DNA from: Octopus vulgaris
Taxonomy: Eukaryota
DNA length: 64,000 nt
Direction of reading: 5' to 3'
NCBI GenBank assembly: GCA_951406725.2
Contig: OX597833.1
Location: 40,424,001 to 40,488,000, forward strand
Within the stretch, counting starts at the first letter, position 1. Every line of letters starts with the position of its first letter. A model generated the notes under the pieces. The model worked only from the letters and a program-made list of their open reading frames with translations, was not told the origin of the DNA and made no database searches. Below are positions 53,224 to 64,000 of the stretch, piece by piece. The position numbers were made by a program, and so were the translations under genes.

Positions 53224-53732
53224 TAGAATATATAGTGTGGTGTAAGAGAAAGCAATAAAGAATTTCTTATTGTTAAACAAAATTTCATCAAACTGTCTCT
53301 TTGTCATTTATGACTTTATATATGCCTGCATGTATGTATATATGAATAATTATGAAATGTGTGCACACAAACAGAAGCACAATATGTGTGTGTATATATG
53401 TATATAAACAAGCACATATATCTAGATGTGTGTGTATACATATATATAAACATGTAATGATTAACCAAAATCCAGGGCTGTTATATATACTAGCTGAAAG
53501 ACCACCCTCTGGGCAGAGTGCTAGTCAAACTTGGAGTGTGTGTTTATATTACAGAGACCGCATGTGTGAGGGGCAGAGAAAACATTGCAAGCAATGAATG
53601 AAATAAACATTAAATGAAAGAATCATATAAATAAAAGCTTGTTAAAAACTATCAGCATTCTTTTGGTTGAGCTCTTAGAAATGCCAAAATGAAGAGCTGG
53701 TTTTGTTCCTTAATTTCCATAAAAGATTTTTA

Positions 53733-54100
53733 CTTATTGCCTTTGCCTTAGCAAAGGCAGATGCATTGTTTTCAGTCATGTTTGTTTGTCCATGGACAAG
53801 ATATCTCAAGAACTGCTGGATGGATTCGGATGAAACTTTCAGGGATGTTTGACCTCATGACTGGCACAAACTGATTAGAGTTTGGGATCGATCACATACT
53901 GGACAAGGACTCTGGATTATTTTTCCTGTTTTTTAACTTAATTTTGAGAATGGCCAGGTTCATTTTTAATATTCTTGTTTGTGAGAGCAGTCGAGTTTAT
54001 TTCAGATATTCTCATTTTAAAGATCATCTCCGGCTAATTGTTGAGAGGATGTTGGTGTTGCCTTGGCAGAGGCTTGCGCTCTCTTGAGTGTTCTTGTTTA
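53733..54100 (+). mobile_element. HINE/DINE-1-like (Helentron-associated) element
   Basis: Subterminal inverted repeats GCCTTTGCC / GGCAGAGGC, GTTTGTTTGTC microsatellite, short 3' hairpin. Confidence 0.55.
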
Positions 54101-55308
54101 CTTTTGTTTGAAAGTGAACGATGTATGGACGTGTGAGAGAGAGAGAGAGAGTGCCACTTAGACATCAGTCTCTGTCACACACACATACAAAATAGATGTA
54201 TGCATATGTATTTATGTATCTGAGTATACATGACAACACACCCCTTCACTCACTTTGTTTGTCTCTCTCTCTCTCTCACACACACACATAAATGTATACA
54301 AACGTGCATACAAAAACATGTGCATGTGTGACTGACTACAAATACATAGAGCTGAACATGGTGCACAATAAGTAAATAAATAAAAAAATTTTATAGAAAT
54401 TAATGAAGTGTACAGGTTCAAGTGAAAGAATGACCAACAATCTTGTACCAAATATTTAAATTTGTGAAGTTGAAATGAAGTTCAGAAAGTAGATTTTCTT
54501 GTGAACTTCAATTTCTAAAAAACCTCACTTGCTTAGTAAATATTTTTTTCAGTAATTTGTTGTAGTTTTAATATATCTGTAATTTAAACAAAGTTCAAGG
54601 TTTAGTGTGCTAGAAATAGCAAGGCTTATAGCGTTCCAAATATCCATACCAACAAAATCACTTTTTAAAAAAAAATTATACCAGTATATTAAAAAATTTT
54701 CATTTTATGAAAAATAAGTCTCAAAGTTATACAGTTATTTTGTCTAATAGCATTCATTCATACAATAAATAATTGTTTTAATATTATGTATATAGAATAA
54801 ACTGTGGGTTTTGCAAATAGCAACTTAAAACTTGAAATGAATATATATTATCATTAATGAAAATAGAGGTGAGAGACTGTTGCAAATGAAAATGGAAAAT
54901 TTCACCTGCAGCGAATTAATATTGTTTATTAAATCTACTCTGCAGTGAATGCAATGAATATTTAAATTTGTGAAAAACTTGTAGTTCAAATATTCAATAC
55001 ACTTCAGAAATTGAAATTATAGGAAATTTCTTGGAACATGAATTTATAACAAAAATAAACAAATTTCCAGATGGTCAAGCCTTTAATAATTGTTGTCTTT
55101 TAGTAATTATTACATACCTAATTAATAAGCAGCTTTCTCCATTATAATATAGATGGATATAAACACGTGTGTATATGTATTTGTATCCTTACATATATAA
55201 ATGCATATGTTTATGTTTGGTCAGCTCAAAAATAAATTGAAATTCAATAATCCCTACAATGATCTACAGCTACATACACACTTCCCTTAACACCCATACT
55301 ATTATCCT

Positions 55309-55492
55309 CATTCACTAATAAACAAGCAGTTAACCCCAACCAAAATTAATCGACCAAATTATTCTCAGTTATTTTTAGGCTTTCAAAATAAGCTGCCTTC
55401 ATTTTCACACCTATAGTTACACAACCACTTAACCATTTTTTATCCATCTTCTAAATTATTCAGTGCTGATCATTGCCCAATGTCTTACCTCC
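55309..55492 (-). repeat. ~185-bp inverted copy of 49700-50275 (without its SINE insertion)
   Basis: The reverse complement aligns on both sides of the SINE. Confidence 0.88.
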
Positions 55493-58400
55493 TCATCACT
55501 CGATATTCATCGGTAACCCATCAACTGTCTTTAAATCTCCTTACTTGTCTACACTCCATTGCTTGTCTCTAAAAGCATTCCCTTGTTTCTCCTTAAAAAC
55601 TATTCTTATGCTTCTCACTAAAAACACTCCCATATTTCTATCTGATTGTCACAAACTCATAATATGGAAACATGCCAAACGGTGCCGGTCAAATTGGTGC
55701 ACTAAGATGAGACCTAGGCAAATACTTATCAACCAAACCATATACACATCAACTATTCTCATCATATCAACTACCCATTTCTCCCAGTATCCATTCAACC
55801 CTTTGACTCCACCAAACCATTAACTCACTCTAAAACAACTATTACCTTCTGTAGTTCTCAAAGAAGACTATTTTTTTCATAAATATAACTTGAAACCCAT
55901 AAAAATATTTACTCAGTCTAAAGAATCACAAGAGGAAACCGCCAGTCACCAAACTATATTTGTCTTTTCACTTCCTGAAATGAATATTTCACTATACAGG
56001 ATATTAGATTTTCTGTTCCTTAGCAATATGCATACAAGGTACTCAAGCTTTTCATTTAGATTACTGGTACTTAGTCAGTTACGATGACAAGTGTCCCAGT
56101 TGACCTGATCAACCGAACCGCCTGCTCATGAAATTAATGTGCAAGTGGCTGAGCATTTCACTGACACAGGTACTCTTAATGTTGTTCTCAGAGAGATTCA
56201 GTGTGACACAATGTAACAAGGACAGCTCAGTGGACTGGAGCAATGTGAAATAAAGTGGCTTGCTCTAGGACACACAACACACTGCCAAGAATTGAACTTA
56301 TGACCTTACAATCACAAGCCGAATACCTGAACCATTAAGCCATGCACATTTATTTAGACACAAATACTCACACAAATGAAAGCACACATACTGGATTGCA
56401 CAATTTATTTCTAATCATTTCTGGCTTTCGGGGAAGTTTAGATAAGAATTAGCACATTACATTTTAAATATAGTGGACTAAGTAAATATTTATTAATTCA
56501 ATTTACACCCATAGTAACAAAAAATTCTTTGCTTTAAACATTTAATTCATAAATTAAATAAAATTGGTGCCATATTTGTCAATACAGTGATATTATGAAT
56601 ATGTTTCAGTATTATTAGAGCTTATTGAAGTATATAGTCTCAACATTACTGTCAATGGTCAAAGTAGATATAGGAATTATATTGAGTGGCAGGATATACT
56701 AAAAGAATAACTAGGAAAATAATGCCTATGGGCACCTGCTGCATGTAAACGGAATAGTAAAAGGAGTACTAACTTATCTGATTTTCTAAATCTCAGTAAG
56801 TTACAATGATGCTATTTATAAATGTGTATGTATGTGTGTATAGAAACAGCTATGTTGCTTTTCTTTGTAAGTGTGCATGCATGTGTACATAATAATAATG
56901 ATAATAATAATAATAATAATAACAATGGTTTCAAATTTTGGCACAAGGCAAGTGATTTCAGAGTAGGGGTAAGTTGATTACATCGACCTGTCTACTGCTA
57001 CATTCTGAGTTCAAATTCCGCCAAGTTTGACTTTGCCTTTCATCCTTTCGGGGTCAATTAAATAAGTACCAGTTACGCACTGGGGTTGATGTAATCGACT
57101 TAGTCCCTTTGTCTCTGTCCTTGTTTGTTCCCTCTATGTTTAGCCCCTTGTGGGCAATAAAGAAATAATTATTCAACTGGTATTTATTTTATCGACCCTA
57201 ACAGGATGAAAGGAAAAGTCAACCACAGCAGAATTTGAACTTAGAATGCAAAGACAGATGAAATGCCGCTAAGCTTTTTGCCCGGTGTACTATTGATTCT
57301 GTCACTTTCAAATAATAATGATGATGATGATGATAATTTCAAATTTTGGCACAAGGCCAGCAGTTTAAGGGGTGGGGCGAAGTCAATTACGTTGATCCCG
57401 GTACTCAACTGGTACTTTTTTTATCCCCTACAAAAGATGAAAAACAAAATTGATATATATAAATATATATATTTATATATATGTATCATCATCATCGTTT
57501 AACGTCCACTTTCCATGTTTGCATAGGTTGGATGGTTTGACTGAGGACTGGAAAGCTAGGAGGCTGCACCAGGCTCCAATCTGATGTGTCAAGGTTTCTA
57601 CAGTTGGATACCCTTCCTAATGCCAACCACTCTGAGAGTGTAGTGGATGATTTTTATGTGCCACTGGCATGGGGTCCCATCAGATGGTACTGACATCGAC
57701 CATGCTCAAATAGTGCTTTTTACATGCTACTGGCACGGGGGTTAGTCATGCGACACTGGCAATAATTACACTTGGATGGTGCTTTTTACTTTCCACCAGC
57801 ATGGGAGCCAATCGGGTGGCACTGGCAACAACCATGCTTGAATGTTGCTTTTTAGATACCACTAACATGGGAGCCAGTCAGACGGAACTGGCAACGACCA
57901 CGCTCGAATGGTGCTTTTTACATTACACCAGCATGGGAGCCACTCCAGCAACACTGACAACAACCACGCTCCAATGGTGTTTTTTACATGCCACTAGCAT
58001 GGGAGCCAGTCAGGCAACACTGGCAATGACCATGCTCAAATGGTACATTTTATGTGCTGTGGTTAAGAAGTCTGCTTCCCAATTAAATTTTGAGTTTAAT
58101 TCGACTGTGGAACCTTGAACAAGTGTTTTCTACTGTAGCACTGGACAGAGCAAAATGAGTTTGGTGAACAGCAATTGAAAGAAGCCTAACAGATACATGC
58201 ATACAAACAAACAGCCATCCGTCTGTTCATCCGTATATTAATGATCTGTGAGTGGTGTGTTTTTGAGTAGCAAAGATGAATATAGACATATACTCTTTTA
58301 CTGGTTTCAGTCATGTGACTGTGGCCATGCTGGAGCACCGCCTTTAGTCGAGCAAATCGACCCCAGGACATATTTTTTGTAAGCCTAGTACTTATTCTAT

Positions 58401-59398
58401 CAGTCTCTTTTGCCGAACTGCTAAGTTACGGGGACATAAACACACCAGCATCGGTTGTCAAGCGATGTTGGGTGAGACAAACACAGATACACAAACATAT
58501 ACATATAATATATACGACGTGCTTGTTTCAGTTTCTGTCTACTAGATCCACTCACCACAAGGCTTTGGTCGGCCTGAGGCTATAGTAGAAAACACTTGCC
58601 CAAGGTGCCACGCAGTGGGACTGAACCCAGAACCATGTGGTTGGTAAGCAAGCCACTTACCACACAGCCACTCCTACGCCTATAAAATAGTTTACGCCCG
58701 CAGAGGGACATATTAAATAACGTGCAAGATAAATTGATTTAATGAAATTATAACCACTTCCAGAGATGGTAGACCAAGTTGCTTGATGGCAACTGGTACT
58801 AACTTTAAATGAGAAAGGGAGATAATTTCAAGGATTCTCTAAAACTGACATGCTATTAAGCAGAAAATTGTGAATGTTCTAAGACAAGGGGACAGCTGTG
58901 GACTCATGTCAATAGGCATCGCCAGCATAGCAATTGTCCTGTTTTCTTCAGTTGATGAAGCACTTTGAGTGGAAAACATTCTTTTGCAGATGAGAGTAAA
59001 GAATAGAAAACATTTATGGCCTTGGTAATTTGCATAGATGAAATGAAAATGAGCTATGAGAAATAATTCAGTATGGCCACACTTGTTAATTGTAAGCAAA
59101 CATAATTAGTATACAAGCAATATCATTTGTTTGCAGTATATGTCCAGTCATTGCATTATTCATGTTTAAGGGACAAAGGAAAATATTACCTTGCTTGGAA
59201 AAAAAAAAGTGAAGGTTCACAAAAGAAAAGGTGTCTAGTCATAGAAAATCTGACTCAATGAATTTGCATTGATCCATGTAAGCATGAAAAAGTGTATGTT
59301 TAAACAACGATGATACATACAAGCTATATTTTCTTGTATCAATTTCACCTAACTGGCATGGTCATGTTATAGTAGATGTCTGTATATGTACAGACATG

Positions 59399-59812
59399 TG
59401 GTGAGCTGGCAGAAATGTTAGCATGCCGGGCAAAGTGCTTTGCGGTATTTCGTCTGACGTGACGTTCTGTGTTCAAATTCCGCCGAGGTCGACTTTGCCT
59501 TTCATCCTTTCGGGGTCAATTGAATAAGTACCAGTTACGCACTGGGGTTGATATAATTTACTTAATCCGTTTGTCTGTCCTTTTTTTGTCCTCTCTGTGT
59601 TTAGCCCCTTGTGGGTAGTAAAGAAATAGGTATTTCGTCTGCCGCTATGTTCTGAGTTAAAATTCTGCCGAAGTCGACTTTGCCGTTCATCCTTTTGGGG
59701 TCGATTAAATAAGTACCAGTTACGCACTGGGGTCGATATAATCGAGTTAATCCGTTTGTCTGTCCTTGTTTGTCCCCTCTGTGTTTAGCCCCTTGTGGGT
59801 AGTAAAGAAATA
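59399..59812 (+). mobile_element. Dimeric SINE family A
   Basis: Same junction at about 59629; 15/17 TSD TGTATATGTACAGACAT / TGTATATATACATACAT flanks the dimer. Confidence 0.9.
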
Positions 59813-62800
59813 TGTATATATACATACATAATGATGCATAAGCACATTATGTATACTATGGTTTGACAAGAGCTGGCAAGTTGGTGCAACTCCCTAGCTT
59901 GCTGGCTCTGGTTAAACCGTCAAACCCATGCCAGCATGGGCAACAGACATGAAATGATGATGATGACAATTCACTATAAACACACAAAAAGATATAAATA
60001 TAACTATATAAATATAACTCTGCATGTGAAGACCTGTTGAGGCAAGTGAAATCAAAATCGATATCGATCAAAAATCAATGGAAATTGCAGTTGTGATATC
60101 AGTGCTGGTGGCACGTAAAAGAACCATCCAAACATGGCCGTTGCCAGCACTGCCTCGACTGGCCTCCATGCCGGTGGCATGTAAAAAGCAACAACCGATT
60201 GTGGCCGTTGCCAGCCTCACCTGGCACCTGTGCTGGTGGCACATAAAAAGCACCCACTACACTCATGGAGTAGTTGGAGTTAGGAAGGGCATCTCGCTGT
60301 AGAAACACAGCCAGATCAGACCGGGCCTGGTGCAGCTTCCTGGCTTCCCAGACCCCAGTTGAACCGTCCAACCCATGCTAGCATGAAAAGCGGACGTCAA
60401 ACAATGATGATGATGATGATGATGAGGATACATATATAACTATGTTTGTTCCTATTTATGTGTTTCTCTGTTCAAATGGTATTTGTACAGTGTTGTTTTT
60501 ATTCAGCCCCAGGTTAAAATTAATCCCAACAGAATTGTCATTAACCTCTTAGTATTCATATTACTCTATCAAATGTAATGCTTATTTATTCACATGGTTT
60601 TGAACTAAGCATACATTATCTCATAGCTTTTGAGATTTCATTGAAGTGATGTGAAGTTTTATAAATATATAGTAGGGTAAGTATGGAAAGCTGGATACAG
60701 CCAGATTGAACACAAAACAAGTAGAACTGGATATCACTGGTTTAATTGCTAAAGGGTTAAAGTTATTTTGGCTGAGACCCTCTTACTTTTCATAGGTGGA
60801 GAAAACTGGTGTGCCCTTCCTTGTTAAAAGGATAGTATGGGAGCCATGGCAGTGTTTTTTTTTAACAAAACAATAGAATGCAATGGCAGTACCTTCATTT
60901 GCTTGTGTAAATGTTAATCTCTGTTATACCAGTATGTCATACTACATGTATTTGTGTGTGCACATGTAACCTATATGCACGACACGACTCTATTCAGAGT
61001 CCTTTGTCCTGCTTGTGATAGCAACCAAATTCCCTCAAATTACACTCTGCTATCTTTGTGTCATTGGATAGTGAGTGTCTCATTCTATCTATGTATTATA
61101 AAAGATTATAAACTGAAGCCATTCCATTCTATTCATTATAAATATTCCATTTCATATTTATCCTTCGTTATATGTACCCAATGTTTTGTGTTGTCCGTCC
61201 TTGTTATGTCCATACTTAGTTCAGGCTACATGCCTATAATAAAGGTTAAATGTATAGTAAAAGTAGATTATTATAAATAGTATGCTAAGGGAAGTAACTA
61301 AAATGGTCCATTGGAATGAATTTAGGTAATTCATATAGATGATGTACTGTTCATCATCATCATCATTATCATCATTTAGCGTCCGCTTTCCATGCTAGCA
61401 TCGGTTGGACGGTTCAACTGGGGTCTGTGAAGCCGGAAGGCCGCATCAGGCCCAGTCTGATCTGGCAGCGTTTCTACGGCTGGATGCCCTTCCTAACGCC
61501 AACTGTTAGACATGCAAAATCAGTTTTAATGAATTGAAATTTATATCTTAGTTTGAGAGAGAAAAAAAAAAAAGGCGTTGCAGGAATTGTTAGTGACACA
61601 CAGAAAAGGAGAAATTATTTCAAGAAAGTATAGATTAATTTCACAGTAAATTGAATGTCTATTCTTAGGAGGAAAATCTAAAACTTATTAGCAAGCGAGA
61701 AGACAGGTTTGGATATTGTTTCGGTCTTATTAGATTCATCAGTGACAGAGTACAACGGCTATTTAGATTTTTAGCCAGTATATATATTGTTTAATAAGAA
61801 AAAAAGTGAGCCAAGGGAAATAATTCAAAAGGACCAATGGCATAAATTTAAATAATTCAAGTTGATGATGATATAATTAATTCAGTACACACGTGCAGCA
61901 CCTTAGGCAAATGTCTTCTGATTTAGCCAAGAGCTGACTGAAACCTTAGTGATTTTGGTAGATGGAAACAGAAAGAAGCCCGTCGTGTGTTTGTGTGTAT
62001 ATGTGTATGCGTGAGTGTATGTGCATGTACACATCTATGTGCGTGTCTGTGTTCGTCTCCCACCACTTCTTGGACAACTGGTGTTGGATTGGTTATGTCC
62101 GATAACATAGCGGTTCGGCACAGGGACTGATAGAATAAGCGCTAGACTTCAAAAATAAGTACTGGGATCGATTTGTTCGACTAAACCCTTTAAGGCGGTG
62201 CTCCAGCATGATCGTAGTCCAATGACTGAAACAAGTAAAAAAAATGACATTTGTTTCTGAATTACTTGAGAGTCATTTGCGATCACCATTAGGCTTTTGT
62301 ATTCTTTCTCTAAGAATCAAAATTTCGATTCATTATAAATTATTGTGTACGTCATTCAGTACGCCAGCATCTACCCGAATTATACTAGACTGAACTTGAT
62401 ATAGTTAGTGCTCGCGCGCGCGCACGTGTTTGTGTATGTGTGTGTGTGAACACGTGTGAGTTCATATATCGATGTGTATCTAACAGTGCATGTATATTTC
62501 ACCGATGCTAGTAATAGCAACTAAATCTCTCTCAAATCACTCTATACTGTCTTAATCAGAGAACGATTCGTTCGTTACTGATATACAAAAAGACGAGATA
62601 GTCATGGTTGGATTGCCTTTAACCACAAGTCTGATCAACCAGGGTTAAATCACATTATGACTATTATTTAATATCTGTGCGTACATATAAATAAATAAAT
62701 ATATATATGTATATATATCATTATATTTATATCTGCATGTGGTTTACTAACTTATATATACATATATATATATCTCAGTATATACTACACATCTCGTATG

Positions 62801-63079
62801 TGTTTGTGTGTCTGTTCTACAAGGTGTATAAGCACCGCAAGGTGTGCTGGAGTAAGCAACCAGCGATAGCAGCAGTAACAATCAGCATGAGCGAGAGAAG
62901 CAGAAAGGGGAGGAGGGGGAAGACAAGAAGGAGAAGCAACAACAGCAGCCAGAGAGGAGGAGGAGGAGGATATAGTGGTGTTACGATGGTGGTGGAGGTG
63001 GAGGTAGTGGTGGTGTTGGTTGTTGCCGTACCCAGTGAGCTGTTTGTTCGTCCAACCAAACGGTTGGTGCTTTTGCTAG

Positions 63080-63199
63080 ATGATGGCTGCAACCGATCAC
63101 ACCACACCCAGTCGACACGAGAAGAGTCTTGGACTACTCACCACCAAATTTGTATCTTTATTACAGGAAGCCAAAGATGGAGTACTTGATTTGAAAGTG
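63080..63199 (+). CDS. E2F4/5: E2F4/5-like paralog B, coding exon 1 ([40 protein letters not shown]); gene continues beyond the window
   Basis: Same 120-nt length and phase as paralog A exon 1, GTGAGT donor at 63200, canonical E2F4/5 DNA-binding-domain sequence. Confidence 0.93.
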
Positions 63200-64000
63200 G
63201 TGAGTTAACCATTTATATATGTAACACGCATATACACATATGTGTGTGTTTATGAGTGTGTACACTGATGCATTATGTTTAATGATTTTGTGTGTCGATC
63301 TATATGAAAATGTGCGAGGCTGCCTATGTTTGTAGTGTGTGAGTAAGATATATATATATTTATATGTATACACACACATATATATATACACATAACACGC
63401 ACACATATATATATACACAGACACACACACGTATACACACTCATTCATAGAAGTAGGTCATAACTAGTTTGTTCCTGTGACATAAACAGATGGAATAAAA
63501 CAAATATACGTCAAAGAAAAACTATAAATTTGAAAAAAGTAACCGAAAAATTATGAAAAACAACAAATAAAACTTGTTTCGATTCTTGCGAATAACGGTG
63601 ATCCATTTCAAATTGTCCTCTGTTTGAATTATTTCCGACTGTTAACGACAGGTTCCCGTTTAATTTTTCGAATAATTTAAATTCAAATAAACACTTTTTC
63701 AGCAGGTATTTCCTTGCACAATGAACTCTGTACACATTTTATAGTCTCGATATAAATACAAATATAATTTGCAGTTTGTTTTTCTTCAGTGTTTCCATGT
63801 TTTATCTATTTGTTTTGTTTACTAATAGTATTAGTAGCAGTTAAGGTTTTGTTCAACTCCTTGAGATCACCAGTAAACCACTACAAAAACGAAAATAGAA
63901 ATTTATGTTCACTTAAAAAAACTATAAAGGACACCCTAATGTTATTGTCTTAGTCCTAGATGATCCCTGATTAAGGGAATTCCATCCGTGGCCTTCTTGC

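Noticed and set aside
57801-58118. ORF with repeated MGASQ..LATTTLEWCFL peptide
   Set aside because: By-product of the ~66-bp tandem unit in the RTE-associated 3'UTR; other copies are not open
61700-61748. CTGATGA...GAAAC hammerhead-like core on the minus strand
   Set aside because: Stem II is mismatched and stem I cannot pair; too decayed to call
62707-63189. 160-aa ORF overlapping paralog B exon 1
   Set aside because: Different frame from the E2F exon and made of simple repeats

Overview
This is eukaryotic, AT-rich, repeat-dense DNA; the SINE, RTE and MITE repertoire looks cephalopod (Octopus-like), which is an inference. The main gene is a complete 8-coding-exon E2F4/5-type transcription factor on the + strand (ATG 9687 to TGA 44421, about 353 aa) that the ORF track misses. 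Exon 1 of a second, more canonical E2F4/5 paralog lies in tandem at 63080-63199. In the first paralog, the intron position where E2F genes carry a minor-spliceosome (U12, AT-AC) intron shows a decayed U12 donor overlapped by in-frame GT-AG sites, suggesting a U12-to-U2 conversion. The rest is transposon debris: mariner/Tc1, piggyBac, hAT, Helitron, RTE and REL-type LINEs, and several tRNA-derived SINE families. These include fixed-junction SINE dimers, head/tail-shuffled SINEs, a 340-bp RTE derivative with an HDV-ribozyme-like 5' end, and Penelope-type hammerhead motifs. All calls were made by eye; repeat boundaries are approximate.
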